This document shows positions 39,392-49,890 of a DNA stretch of 64,000 nucleotides, piece after piece. Under the pieces are notes generated by a model. The model was not told the origin of the DNA. It made no database searches and saw only the letters and a list, made by a program, of their open reading frames with translations. This DNA comes from Gemmatimonadales bacterium (lineage in GTDB: Bacteria; Gemmatimonadota; Gemmatimonadetes; Gemmatimonadales; GWC2-71-9). Where the stretch lies: assembly GCA_037189525.1 (NCBI GenBank), contig JBBCJC010000005.1:704001-768000 (forward strand), written 5' to 3'. Position numbers and translations under genes: made by a program. The stretch's first letter is position 1. The number at the start of each line of letters is the position of its first letter.

Positions 39392-39819
39392 CGTCTCCGC
39401 CCCTCTTGCGGCGGAAGCGCGACGGACCGGGAGAGGGTCCAAACGTACGCAGCCACCGCCCGCAGTTCGTCGTCGCCCAGCCCGGTCCCCGCCCGCGGCA
39501 GCATCGGGATACCGGTCTTGGCTTCCGACTCGGAAATACCGCGAATCAACTGCACTGTCATCGAGTCGACCGAACCGTCCGGATGGAGCACGACCTGATC
39601 CGTCAGATCGGGACCGGTCCCGCCCTTGCCGTCCATACCGTGGCAGGCCATGCAGAGTCCGGTACTTTCATAGAGCTCTTTGCCCTGCGCCACCATGGCA
39701 GCCGTGACACCCTTGGGCAACGGCACCGGCGCAGCTTGCGCCTCCAGATTCACTCGCCATCCCGCGCAAGCCAGGACGACGAGCAGCCCACCACCCCAGC
39801 AATCGAATCGTCGTCTCAT
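39388..39819 (-). CDS. Monoheme c-type cytochrome
   Basis: Signal-like N-terminus, CMACHG heme motif, GPDLTD, distal Met in PMLPR, AVAAYV. Confidence 0.88.
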   Translation of the reverse strand: MRRRFDCWGGGLLVVLACAGWRVNLEAQAAPVPLPKGVTAAMVAQGKELYESTGLCMACHGMDGKGGTGPDLTDQVVLHPDGSVDSMTVQLIRGISESEAKTGIPMLPRAGTGLGDDELRAVAAYVWTLSRSVALPPQEGRRR

Positions 39820-40157
39820 TCCCAGGTTTTCCATGTGGTTTCCGACGGACCGATAGTCAGCTGCTGGCGATAGCGCACCAAGGGCTGCCGAATCACGCCA
39901 GGTTCGATGGTGAGTTTCTCCAACCACTGGTCGTCACTGTAACGAGCCGCCGCCCAGCCAAGCTCGGCAAAGCGCTTCGAAGTGCGGTCGATCAGGTTGG
40001 CGAGCCCGAACTTCTGAGCGAAGCGCAACAACTCGCCGCGCGCCGGAGCCCGCACCGTAAAGTCGACGAAGTGGGTCTTGATCCGCCGCTCTGCAAAGAA
40101 ACGGAGCGCCGCCCGGGTATCGGCGTTCTTCCGGGTGCCGAACACTTGCACTTCCAT
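39816..40157 (-). CDS. ArsC/Spx family protein
   Basis: VQVFGT...DTRAALRFFAERRI, GELLRF, IRQPLVR, TIG; no cysteine. Confidence 0.8.
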   Translation of the reverse strand: MEVQVFGTRKNADTRAALRFFAERRIKTHFVDFTVRAPARGELLRFAQKFGLANLIDRTSKRFAELGWAAARYSDDQWLEKLTIEPGVIRQPLVRYRQQLTIGPSETTWKTWE

Positions 40158-40331
40158 CACCGGAATCTAGTGCGCCGGCACCGGACTCGCAGTAGATTCA
40201 CGCCGTTCGTTTTCTTTCGACCGCGCCGAATCTCCCTTACCGGAGCCGCCCGCCCACACCGAATCACCAGGCGCTGCTCTGACCGATCGCGGCCGCTTCC
40301 GTCCCACGACAGCATTACCGAGGCCGATACC

Positions 40332-42698
40332 GTGAAATCGAGGCTTCCGTTCATTCTGTTGCTCGCCGCCGCCTGCGGCGCGCCCGCCGCCGATCCCGAT
40401 ACGATCGTGCCGGCGCCCACCCATGCCGACATCGCCGCGCGTCTGACCGCGCTGATCGAGCACGAAATGCGCGATAAGGCGATCCCCGCATTGTCGGTGG
40501 CACTCGTCGACGGCAACGAAACGGTGTGGGCCCGCGGCTTTGGCACCGCCGACGCCCCGAACAGCACCGCCGCCACGGCCAATACGGTCTACCGGATCGG
40601 TTCCGTCTCCAAGCTCTTCACCGACATCGGCGTAATGCGGCTGGTCGAACGCGGCGCGGTCGATCTCGACGCGCCGGTCGAGACCTACCTCCCCTCCTTC
40701 GAGCCGAAGAACCCGTTCGGAGGCGAGATCACCCTGCGCCACCTGATGTCCCATCGCGCTGGTCTGACGCGCGAGCCGCCGCGCGGCAACTACTTCGATC
40801 CGTCCGACAGCGTGCTGGCGAGCACGGTCGCGAGCCTCAACGCCACCACGCTGTTCTATCCGCCGGGCGCCCGGTCGAAATACTCGAACGCCGGCATCGC
40901 CGTCGTCGGCGCTGTGCTGGAGCAGGTCGAGCGGGAGCCGTTCGCCCGGTACCTCAAGCGCACGCTGCTCGTGCCCATGGGGCTCCGCTCGAGCGCGTTC
41001 GAGCCGGAGCCGGCGCTCCTGCCCCACCTCGCCACCGCCTGGATGTGGACGTACGACGAGCGCACCTTCCCGGCGCCGACCTTCCAGCTCGGTATGGCGC
41101 CGGCCGGCAGCATGTACTCCACCGTCCACGACCTCGCTCGCTTCGCACAGTTCCTCTTCGACCGGGGGCGGGGTCCCCGCGAGACGATCCTCGCACCTGC
41201 GACGCTCGAGAGCATGTGGGTACCGCAGTTCGTCCCCGCGGGCACCGCCGATGGATACGGTCTCGGCTTCGGTGTCGGACACCTGGATTCGGCTCTGGTC
41301 GTCTCGCATGGTGGCGCCATCTACGGGTTCGCGACGGAGTTCGCCGCGATGCCCGAGGAGCGTCTGGCCGTCGTGCTGATCGCCACTAAGGACGCGGTCA
41401 ACGCCGTGCTCACCCGAATCCGCGCCGCCGCGCTGGGCATGCTGCTCGACCGGAAACGACAGCAGCCGCTTCGCGGCATCGACACGACCCAGGTGCTCAC
41501 CAGGCAGGAGGCGCAGCGCTACACGGGTCGGTGGACCGGGCGCGACACCTGGTACGATCTCGCCTGGGAAGGCACCAAGCTCAACGCCCGCCGGAAGGAC
41601 GGCGAGATGCGGATGACGCTCAAGGCCCGGGGGCCCGATCAGCTGATCGTCGACGACGAGTTCGCCTTCGGTCCGACGGTGACGCTCGCCGGCACCCGTC
41701 TGGTCTTCGGCACCGACACGCTGACTCGCGCCCCGGACCCCGCGCTCCCGCCCGCGCCGCCTGCCGAGTGGACGGGGCTGATCGGCGAGTACGGCTGGGA
41801 CCACAACGTGCTCTTCATCGCCGAGCGCGCCGGCTCGCTCACCGCGCTGATCGAGTGGTTCACCGAATATCCGCTCACCCGAGTCGACGATTCGACCTGG
41901 CGATTCCCCGAATACGGCCTCTATCCGGGCGAGGATCTGGTCTTCCGGCGCGATGCGAACGGCCGCGCCCGTGAGGTGCGCGCCGCCAACGTCGTCTTCC
42001 AACGCCGTTCGGTTGGTCCGGAAGACGGCAGCGCTTTCAAGGTTGCCCTGACGAAGCCGATCGAGGAACTCAAGCGGGCGGCCCTCGCGGCAACCCCGCC
42101 CGCCGAGACCGGCACCTTCCGCGAGACGGACCTGGTCGAGGTGACGACCCTCGATCCAACCATCCGGCTCGACGTGCGCTACGCGGATACCACCAATTTC
42201 GTGTCCACCCGCTTCTACGACCGGCCGCAGGTCTTTCTCCAGCGCCCGGCCGCCGAAGCCGTGGTCCGCGCACACCGCAAGCTGCAAAGGCTCGGCTACG
42301 GCCTGCTGTTGCACGACGGCTATCGGCCGTGGTGGGTCACCAAGATCTTCTGGGACGGAACGGCCGACGAGCACCACACCTTCGTGGCCGATCCGTCGCA
42401 AGGCTCCCGTCACAACCGCGGCGCCGCGATCGATCTCTCGATGGTCGAACTCGCCACCGGGAAGCCCATCGTCACGACGGGCTCCTACGACGAGTTCTCG
42501 ACGCGGTCCTATCCATATTATCCGGGCGGCACGTCACGGCAGCGCTGGTATCGCGATCTGCTCCGACATGTGATGGAGTCCGAGCGGTTCACCGTCTACG
42601 AGGCCGAGTGGTGGCACTTCGATTTCGACGACTGGCGGGAATATCGGATCGGCAACGCGACGTTCGAGGAGCTCACGGCGGCGTCGACGCGCCGGTAA
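40332..42698 (+). CDS. Lipoprotein: serine hydrolase fused to VanX-like (M15D) D-Ala-D-Ala dipeptidase
   Basis: GTG 40332, lipobox LAAAC; GSVSKLF, YSN, HGG; C-terminal LDVRYA...NF, DGYRP, SRHNRGAAID, EWWHF. Confidence 0.9.
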   Translation: MKSRLPFILLLAAACGAPAADPDTIVPAPTHADIAARLTALIEHEMRDKAIPALSVALVDGNETVWARGFGTADAPNSTAATANTVYRIGSVSKLFTDIGVMRLVERGAVDLDAPVETYLPSFEPKNPFGGEITLRHLMSHRAGLTREPPRGNYFDPSDSVLASTVASLNATTLFYPPGARSKYSNAGIAVVGAVLEQVEREPFARYLKRTLLVPMGLRSSAFEPEPALLPHLATAWMWTYDERTFPAPTFQLGMAPAGSMYSTVHDLARFAQFLFDRGRGPRETILAPATLESMWVPQFVPAGTADGYGLGFGVGHLDSALVVSHGGAIYGFATEFAAMPEERLAVVLIATKDAVNAVLTRIRAAALGMLLDRKRQQPLRGIDTTQVLTRQEAQRYTGRWTGRDTWYDLAWEGTKLNARRKDGEMRMTLKARGPDQLIVDDEFAFGPTVTLAGTRLVFGTDTLTRAPDPALPPAPPAEWTGLIGEYGWDHNVLFIAERAGSLTALIEWFTEYPLTRVDDSTWRFPEYGLYPGEDLVFRRDANGRAREVRAANVVFQRRSVGPEDGSAFKVALTKPIEELKRAALAATPPAETGTFRETDLVEVTTLDPTIRLDVRYADTTNFVSTRFYDRPQVFLQRPAAEAVVRAHRKLQRLGYGLLLHDGYRPWWVTKIFWDGTADEHHTFVADPSQGSRHNRGAAIDLSMVELATGKPIVTTGSYDEFSTRSYPYYPGGTSRQRWYRDLLRHVMESERFTVYEAEWWHFDFDDWREYRIGNATFEELTAASTRR

Positions 42699-44628
42699 GG
42701 CGCTCGACTTCAAGCGACGCCCGCTCCCACTCGGCCATGCCCTCCGCCAGCGTTCGCTTGGCCTGCTCGAGCGCGCGCGACAGCTCGCCGGCGCGCCGGG
42801 CGCCGTCGCCCGACTGATAGAGCGACCCATCATCGAGTGCCGCGCTCAAGGACGCCACCTCCTGCTCGGCACGCTGCACCGCAGACTCCGCCGCCTCCAG
42901 CGCACGGCGGGCGGCGGTTAACGGCTTGGGGCCGCCGGTCGAGGTGTCCTTGGCCTTGGTCCGGACCTGCTTCGCATCCCGCTCGGCGGCCGCGCGGGCC
43001 GCATCCGCTTGCGCAGCTGCCGTACGGTCGGCCTGCCAGTCCTCCCATTCGCCATACGAGCCCGGATAGTCATCGATCCGGCCGTCCGCCAGCGCCCAGG
43101 TCCGCGTCGTCAGGCTCCGCAGCAAAGCGCGGTCGTGGCTGACCAGCAGGATGGTGCCCTCGAACGCCGAGATGGCGTCCTCCAGAGATTCGATGGTTTC
43201 AACGTCGAGGTGGTTGGTGGGCTCGTCGAAGATCAGGAAGTTCGCCCCGGACAGCATCAGCCGGCCGAGCGAAAGCCGCGCGGTCTCCCCTCCTGACAAA
43301 CTCTCGGCCCGGCGCCGGCCGGTGTCGCCGGTAAAGCCGATCCGGCCCAGGTGGTCGTGTACCTGTCCCCGCGTCCACTTGGGCCGCAAATCGTGGACGA
43401 TGTCGAAGAGCGTTTTACCGGGCGGTACGTCGCCCAGATCCTGGCGATAGTATTCGACCTCGATCGAGTCGCCGATGCGCGCCGAGCCGTGGGCCGCCTC
43501 CCGCTCACCAAGCATGGTCCTGAGCAGCGTGGTCTTGCCGGCGCCGTTCGGACCAACCAGGCCAACTACGTCACCGCGCCGGATGGTCCCGCTGAAATCC
43601 TCGAGCAGGGTTCGCCCGGCCAGCTCGATGCCGAGGCTGTCGACCACCAGCACCTGATCGCCGCCGCGACTGCGCGCGTCGAAGCGGATGGCCATCGTGG
43701 CCAGATCGGCCGGCGGCGCCGACAACCGCGGCAATCGATCGAGCCGCCGCCGCCGCCCGACGGCCTGCGAAGAATTCTGCCCGGCCAGATTCCGCCGGAT
43801 GTAGTCCTCTTCCCGCGCAATGGCTTTGGACTGTTTGTCGAACGCCCGCTGTTGCGACAGCCGCCGGAACGCCCGCTGCTCACCGAACTCGGTGTAGCCG
43901 CAGTTATAGACGACGCCGGTGCGATCTTCGAGATGGAGGATGTGATCGGTCACCGCCGCCAGAAAGGCGCGATCGTGGCTGATCACCAGCGCACTGGCAT
44001 CCGACTCGCGCAAGTGGCCTTCGAGCCACTTGATGCCGGCAATGTCGAGATGGTTGGTCGGTTCGTCGAGCAGGAGGAGATCAGCGTCAGCTGCCAGCTG
44101 CGCAGCGAGACCGATCCGGCCGCGTTCCCCGCCGGAGAGCGTGGCCACCAGTTGGGTCCGCGCCCGAACGTGGTCGAAGCCCAGACCGTCGAGGATGGCG
44201 TCGACCCGAGCCGTGACGGTATAACCGCCTTCGTGCTCGAACCGTTCCAGGTTCCGGGCATAGCGCGCCATCAGGCGCTCGGCCTCGTCACCCGTCGCCG
44301 TGGCTAGCGCTTCGGCGTCGTCGGCAATGGTCGTCTCGAGCCGCCGCAATTCCCGGTAGGCACCGGCGGCGGCTTCCCAGACCGTTTCGCCCTCTTCGAA
44401 GGTTCGATGCTGATCGAGCACCGCCACCTTGAGGCCCGATGCGCGCGCGACCGAACCGGCCGCGGGCACCAGTTCACCGGTGATCACTTCGAAGAGCGAC
44501 GTCTTTCCGATTCCGTTCCGGCCGATTACGCCCCAGCACTCGCCGCGACCGACCATGAACGTGACATCTTCGAGGATCGTGGTGTCGGCGAACCGAACCG
44601 CGATCCCCCCCAGCGACAACAAGGTCAC
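42673..44628 (-). CDS. ABC-F family ATPase (Uup-like)
   Basis: Two NBDs (GRNGIGKT / GPNGAGKTT; LSGGE twice; DEPTNHLD twice), no TM domain, C-terminal coiled coil. Confidence 0.93.
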   Translation of the reverse strand: MTLLSLGGIAVRFADTTILEDVTFMVGRGECWGVIGRNGIGKTSLFEVITGELVPAAGSVARASGLKVAVLDQHRTFEEGETVWEAAAGAYRELRRLETTIADDAEALATATGDEAERLMARYARNLERFEHEGGYTVTARVDAILDGLGFDHVRARTQLVATLSGGERGRIGLAAQLAADADLLLLDEPTNHLDIAGIKWLEGHLRESDASALVISHDRAFLAAVTDHILHLEDRTGVVYNCGYTEFGEQRAFRRLSQQRAFDKQSKAIAREEDYIRRNLAGQNSSQAVGRRRRLDRLPRLSAPPADLATMAIRFDARSRGGDQVLVVDSLGIELAGRTLLEDFSGTIRRGDVVGLVGPNGAGKTTLLRTMLGEREAAHGSARIGDSIEVEYYRQDLGDVPPGKTLFDIVHDLRPKWTRGQVHDHLGRIGFTGDTGRRRAESLSGGETARLSLGRLMLSGANFLIFDEPTNHLDVETIESLEDAISAFEGTILLVSHDRALLRSLTTRTWALADGRIDDYPGSYGEWEDWQADRTAAAQADAARAAAERDAKQVRTKAKDTSTGGPKPLTAARRALEAAESAVQRAEQEVASLSAALDDGSLYQSGDGARRAGELSRALEQAKRTLAEGMAEWERASLEVERLTGASTPP

Positions 44629-45722
44629 ACGGCCGCCAGTCGTCCTCGGGCCGCAATGGGCCAGACCGTCTCGACCGTGTCACCCCGGACACCGTGAATC
44701 ACATCGTTCAAATGAGTCACGATGCAGACATGGTTCGGGATGATCCGGACCTGGTCGCCGACTTTGGGACGCCAGGTGGAGTTGCTGAGGTCGAGGATGC
44801 CATGTTCCTCTGACATCCCCTTGACCGTCACTTCCGGATGCCCGACCACTTCACCGAACCCGGTGGCGGTCCCGATCCGGAGCGGCTCCCGGCCTAACGC
44901 TTTGGTGCCCGCGTCAACCACGGCCTGTCCCGGCACGGCCGTGCTGACTACGGTGGCCAGCACCGTGAGCGCGCAGTCGGCCGGGGTAGCGAGGCCAATC
45001 CCCATGATCTCACGATCGTTATAGACGTAGGTGCCGGGACGGATCTCGGTCAGGCCCGGAATCTCGTGACCCCGGAAGGCCGTCGGCGTAGACCCGCCGC
45101 TCACGATCCCGGGTACGATGCCCGCAGCCTTGAACGCGTCGAGCCACGTCGTGATGTCCACTTTGAGCTGGTCGATCAACGCCTGCTGCGCATCGACTTC
45201 CTGCCGGATGTGACCGGGATAGAAGTTGACGCCGGCAAACTCGAGCGGCGGCAGGCTCTGCACCAGCTTGGCGAGCCGGATCGCTTCCTCGACAGTCTGC
45301 ACCCCGACCCGGTGCATCCCGAGATCGCACTCGATCAGCACCCGGACCGGCCGGCCGGCCGCCTTGGCCGCCGCGCCCAGAGCCTCGATGGCCTCGGCCG
45401 AGTCGAGCGCCACCATCAGACGGACATGCGAGGGCAAGGCCAGGAGGCGGGCCAACCGGGCCGCCCCGACCGGCGGATAGGCCACCAGAATGTCGTCCGA
45501 CACCTCGGCCATGACCTCGGCTTCCTTGGTGGTGGCGCATGTCAGACCGAGCGCGCCCCGGGAGACCTGGCCGCGCGCGACGGAGACGGACTTGTGCGTC
45601 TTGACGTGCGGCCGGAGCCCCAGGTCGTGCTGCTTCACATAATCGGCAACCCGATCGAGGTTGCGCTCGAGGACGTCGAGGTCCACGATCGGGGCGGGCG
45701 TTTCGATATCGGCGATCTTCAT
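44625..45722 (-). CDS. PLP-dependent D-threonine aldolase / D-serine dehydratase (DSD1) family enzyme
   Basis: TPAPIVD, RPHVKTHK, GGSTPT, EIRPGTYVYND, DAGTKAL, SEEHG, PNHVC. Confidence 0.9.
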   Translation of the reverse strand: MKIADIETPAPIVDLDVLERNLDRVADYVKQHDLGLRPHVKTHKSVSVARGQVSRGALGLTCATTKEAEVMAEVSDDILVAYPPVGAARLARLLALPSHVRLMVALDSAEAIEALGAAAKAAGRPVRVLIECDLGMHRVGVQTVEEAIRLAKLVQSLPPLEFAGVNFYPGHIRQEVDAQQALIDQLKVDITTWLDAFKAAGIVPGIVSGGSTPTAFRGHEIPGLTEIRPGTYVYNDREIMGIGLATPADCALTVLATVVSTAVPGQAVVDAGTKALGREPLRIGTATGFGEVVGHPEVTVKGMSEEHGILDLSNSTWRPKVGDQVRIIPNHVCIVTHLNDVIHGVRGDTVETVWPIAARGRLAAV

Positions 45723-45812
45723 GGTATCTCGGATGAGTTTTCGGACTGCCTGAACGGTTTCATATCACGCGATCGGGCGGTAATCTACAGCGATTTCTCC
45801 GGCCAGGCATTC

Positions 45813-47495
45813 GTGACGCATTTCGGTATCGCGCTCTTCGCCGTTCTCCAGACGGCCACCCCTGCACCAATCGTGATGCAGTACGACGTCCGTGTCCCGA
45901 TGCGGGACGGCGTGACCCTCTCTGCCGACGTCTACCGCCCCAATACGACCGAGAGGGTGCCCATCATTCTCCTCCGCACCCCGTACGACAACGGCGTCGC
46001 CAGCCACGTGGCCGCCGGGAAGCTGTGGGCTTCCCGCGGGTACGCCTACGTGGTCCAGGACGTCCGCGGCCGGGGCGACTCGGACGGCACTTTCTACCCG
46101 ATGGTGACCGAGGCCGCCGACGGCTACGACACCATCGAGTGGCTGGCACGGCAACCGTGGGCCAACGGCAAGGTGGGGATGATGGGCGGGTCGTACCTGG
46201 GCTGGGTCCAGTTGTACGCGGCGGCCCTCAAGCCGCCATCACTCAAAGCGCTGATCCCGAGCGTCACGCCCCCGGACCCCGACCGCAACTTCCCGAATCA
46301 GTTCGGGACCATCGGACCGATGACACTCTCCTGGCTGGCCGCCCTCTCAGGCCGGACCATGCAGGACATCTCGCGTCACGATCTCCGCGGCGCCTACTCG
46401 CACCTGCCGCTCTACCAGGCCGATCAGGCGCTGGGCCGCACCATCCCGGCCTGGCGTGAATGGTTCGACCAGTCGGTACGCAACGACTACTGGGAGCAGC
46501 AGGCCTACCAGCAGGCGCTGGTCGGCACTACGATCCCGATGCTGCATATCAGCGGCTGGTACGACGACGTCCTGGTCGGCACGACCGAGAATTTCGTCAA
46601 TCTCCGCAACAGCCCTCATCAGTTCCTGATGCTCGGTCCCTGGGGCCACCGGATCAATCAGGGCCGCAAGCTGGGCGAGATCGACTTCGGCCCCGATGCC
46701 GTGATCAACCTGGACAGCCTCAACCTTCGCTGGTTCGACTACTGGCTCAAGGGAACGGCAAACGGAGCAGAGCGCGACCCCGCGGTCCGGATCTTCGTGA
46801 TGGGAGAAAATCGCTGGCGGACCGAGCGCGAATGGCCGCTCGCGCGCACCCACTACCTGCGCTTCTATCTCCACAGCAACGGCAAAGCCAATTCGCGATT
46901 CGGCGACGGGGTTCTCGATACGCTGCCGCCGGGCAACCAGCCGCCCGATCGCTACCGCGCCGATCCGATGGACGCCGTACCGTTCCTCACCGATGACGCC
47001 TTTTCTCAGGTGGGCGGCCCGGACGACTACCGGACCGTCGAGGAGCGGAAGGACCTGCTCGTCTATACGTCGGCCCCGCTCACCGCGCCGATGGAGGTAT
47101 GCGGACCGCTCCAGGTCAAACTGTTCGCGGCCAGCTCGGCCAAAGACACCGATTGGATGACCAAGGTGGTTGCCGTGCGACCCGATGGATTCGCCCTGCG
47201 GCTCAACGACGGGGTGGTGCGCGCTCGCTATCGGTTCGGCTTCGATCGTTCGGTGCTGCTGGAGCCCGGAAAGGTCGAGGAGTACACCGTCGACAACTGG
47301 TCGACCTGCATTCGGCTCGAGACCGGTTGGCGGCTCCGCCTCGAGGTCGCGTCACATGCGTTTCCGAAGTTCGATCGGAACATGCAGACCGGCGGCCCGA
47401 TCGGCAAAGACAGCAGCGGCGTAGTGGCCGACCAGACGGTCTATCACGACCGCGGCCGGCCATCGCATCTCATTCTTCCCGTCATCCCACGGTGA
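45813..47495 (+). CDS. CocE/NonD family hydrolase (S15)
   Basis: VPMRDGVTLSADVYRP, RTPY, QDVRGRGDSDG, GGSYLG nucleophile, GWYD, GPWGH. Start estimated at GTG 45813. Confidence 0.92.
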   Translation: MTHFGIALFAVLQTATPAPIVMQYDVRVPMRDGVTLSADVYRPNTTERVPIILLRTPYDNGVASHVAAGKLWASRGYAYVVQDVRGRGDSDGTFYPMVTEAADGYDTIEWLARQPWANGKVGMMGGSYLGWVQLYAAALKPPSLKALIPSVTPPDPDRNFPNQFGTIGPMTLSWLAALSGRTMQDISRHDLRGAYSHLPLYQADQALGRTIPAWREWFDQSVRNDYWEQQAYQQALVGTTIPMLHISGWYDDVLVGTTENFVNLRNSPHQFLMLGPWGHRINQGRKLGEIDFGPDAVINLDSLNLRWFDYWLKGTANGAERDPAVRIFVMGENRWRTEREWPLARTHYLRFYLHSNGKANSRFGDGVLDTLPPGNQPPDRYRADPMDAVPFLTDDAFSQVGGPDDYRTVEERKDLLVYTSAPLTAPMEVCGPLQVKLFAASSAKDTDWMTKVVAVRPDGFALRLNDGVVRARYRFGFDRSVLLEPGKVEEYTVDNWSTCIRLETGWRLRLEVASHAFPKFDRNMQTGGPIGKDSSGVVADQTVYHDRGRPSHLILPVIPR

Positions 47496-47507
47496 TGACG
47501 GGCCGGC

Positions 47508-49847
47508 CTAAAAGGGATACTCGGGCTTGGTAGTGATTTCGTAACCCGCCGGCGGCGTTGCGCCCATCAGGTGCTGGACGAAATAGTCCCAGCGCCGCCG
47601 CCGGAAGTACGGGTTGACCGACATGGCATGCGACCCGTTCGGCACGATGAGCAGATCGTAATCCTTGTTGGCTTTGGTCAGCGCGTCGATCACCTGCACG
47701 GTGAGCGCCGGCGAGACGTTATCGTCCATATCCGCAAACGCCAGCATCAATTTGCCCTTCAGATTCCTGGCAATCGAGGGATTGGCCTGCGCCGCGTAGT
47801 TGTCGCCGTTAGGCATGCCCTGATAGGTCTCTCCCCAGAGCGAGAGATAGCCGCGCTGATCGTGATTCCCCGCCGACGACACGGCCACCTTGTAGAAATC
47901 GGGATAGAGGAACATCGCGCGCGCCGAGGCAAACCCGCCGCCCGAGTGTCCGTAGATACCGACGCGATCGAGATCGAGATACCGGCGGGTCCGGCCGATC
48001 TGCCGGAACGCCTCGATGTGATCTTCGAGCGACCCCGCCGTCTCGAAGCGCCCATACGAGACATCGTGAAATGCTTTGGAGCGAAACGGCGTTCCGCGCC
48101 CATCGACGATCACGCCCACGAAGCCGAGGGTCACGATGGCCCGCAGATCGCCACCCGCCGTGAACGCACGAGGCACCAGCGTGATCTGCGGTCCCGGATA
48201 ATTCTCCTCCAGCACCGGATACCGGCGGGTCGAGTCGAATCCTGGGGGCGTGATGATGATGCCATACAGGTCGGTGACCCCATCGGCCGCTTTCACCGTG
48301 AACCGCTCCGGATAGCGCCACCCGGTCGCCAGCAGCGCCGAGATGTCGGCGGTTTCGAGCGGCATCACAACCTTGCCGTCCATCGATCGAAGTACGGTCC
48401 GGGGCCCGAGATCCACGCGGCTCACCCGATCCACCGCCCACTGTCCATTCGGACTCACCGTAATCTCGTGCTCGGCGTCTTCCGGCGTGAGCAGAGTGAG
48501 ACCCGTTCCATCGAGTCCCACCGAATACAGGTGACGATAGTACGGATCGCGTCCGGGCTCCTTCCCACCGGCCGTAAACCAGATTCGCCGCGCCTTCTCG
48601 TCGAGATGCACGATGTCCCGAACTACATACTGCCCGTCGGTGATCCGATTCTTCACCTGGCCGGTGACGCCGTCCAACAGATACAGTTGCGCCCATCCGT
48701 CGCGCTGGGAAAACCATACCAACTCCCGGCCGCCCGCCAGGACCCGGATGTTCGGACCGGTACCGAGCATCAGCGTCGCCTCGACCATGGTCGAGCCACG
48801 CTCTTCCGCCATCGACCTGACCTGTCCGGATCGCGCGTCCGCCTGCATCAGCCGAAACGACTTCGCAGCCCGCTCGCGGTTCAGGTAGTAGGCCGTAACC
48901 GAGTCGCCCCACCATGCCTCCCGGAATGCGATGGGCGAATTGAACGCCATGCCGAACTGCCCACCGAGCGGTGTGGTTTGACCGGAGGCTGCGTCGATCA
49001 CCAGCCACTGCGCTTGCGAGAGCGAATCACCGGGAAAGGGAAAGACGAACGACCAGAGTTTGGGCCTGAGTCCCTCCGCAGGTACCGACTGGATCAGATG
49101 GGACTCCGCCATTCCGCGCTCATCCAGCCGGTGAGTCAGGATTCGGCGTGAATCGGGAGACCACAACGCCATCGGAGGCCGGGGGAGCCCGCCGCGCTGG
49201 GCCGTCGCCCAACTCGTGTTCGACTCCGGATGCTGGGCATACTCGTGACGATGGACCCCGTCGCGGGTCAGCTGGCGTTCGGCCCCGTTGGCCGTTTCAC
49301 GCAGCCAGAGATTGTAGTCTCGGCGGAAGAGCCCCCACTTGCCATCCGGTGAGAGCAGTTCATTCGGCAGCCGCGGCGCCGGCGACTCCTCCGGGTCGCA
49401 CTGATAACGGTCGAGCCCGCAGCGATAAGTTTTCTGGCCGACGGTAATGACGATCGAGCGCGTCTTGCCCTTCCCCTCCCACGTCAATGTCTCGAACGGG
49501 AGCGAGTCCGCCGTCACCGATCGCGCTAGAACCCGGGTGAGTTCGGCGGCGAGGCGGACATGATCGAACGCGGGACGCCGGGTCCGCCGGGCGGGATCGA
49601 CCAGAATGAACTCGGCGCCGGCCGGGGTCCGAACCCGATACCAGAGCTGAGCGCCCTCATCGATCCACTGCGGTACGATCTTGTCACGGAAAACCAGTTT
49701 GTCGGCGTTGACGGACAGCATCCGCTCGGCGGCGGCATACTGTGCCGCGGTAATCTGCGGTGGCGCGCCCTGGGCGATCCCGGCGCCAGCGCGACCTGCC
49801 ACCCCGAGTCCTGCCAGCACCAGCCACGTCAACGTTCGCCTGGCCAC
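47508..49847 (-). CDS. S9B dipeptidyl-peptidase IV family protein
   Basis: GTG 49847 with AAGGAGG RBS and signal peptide; YPGPQ, DGRGT, GIYGHSGGG, DDNV, H in NGSHA. Confidence 0.92.
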   Translation of the reverse strand: MARRTLTWLVLAGLGVAGRAGAGIAQGAPPQITAAQYAAAERMLSVNADKLVFRDKIVPQWIDEGAQLWYRVRTPAGAEFILVDPARRTRRPAFDHVRLAAELTRVLARSVTADSLPFETLTWEGKGKTRSIVITVGQKTYRCGLDRYQCDPEESPAPRLPNELLSPDGKWGLFRRDYNLWLRETANGAERQLTRDGVHRHEYAQHPESNTSWATAQRGGLPRPPMALWSPDSRRILTHRLDERGMAESHLIQSVPAEGLRPKLWSFVFPFPGDSLSQAQWLVIDAASGQTTPLGGQFGMAFNSPIAFREAWWGDSVTAYYLNRERAAKSFRLMQADARSGQVRSMAEERGSTMVEATLMLGTGPNIRVLAGGRELVWFSQRDGWAQLYLLDGVTGQVKNRITDGQYVVRDIVHLDEKARRIWFTAGGKEPGRDPYYRHLYSVGLDGTGLTLLTPEDAEHEITVSPNGQWAVDRVSRVDLGPRTVLRSMDGKVVMPLETADISALLATGWRYPERFTVKAADGVTDLYGIIITPPGFDSTRRYPVLEENYPGPQITLVPRAFTAGGDLRAIVTLGFVGVIVDGRGTPFRSKAFHDVSYGRFETAGSLEDHIEAFRQIGRTRRYLDLDRVGIYGHSGGGFASARAMFLYPDFYKVAVSSAGNHDQRGYLSLWGETYQGMPNGDNYAAQANPSIARNLKGKLMLAFADMDDNVSPALTVQVIDALTKANKDYDLLIVPNGSHAMSVNPYFRRRRWDYFVQHLMGATPPAGYEITTKPEYPF

Positions 49848-49890
49848 ACCCGCCTCCTTGGTCGAGATCCACTCGCGGCAACCTTGCACC

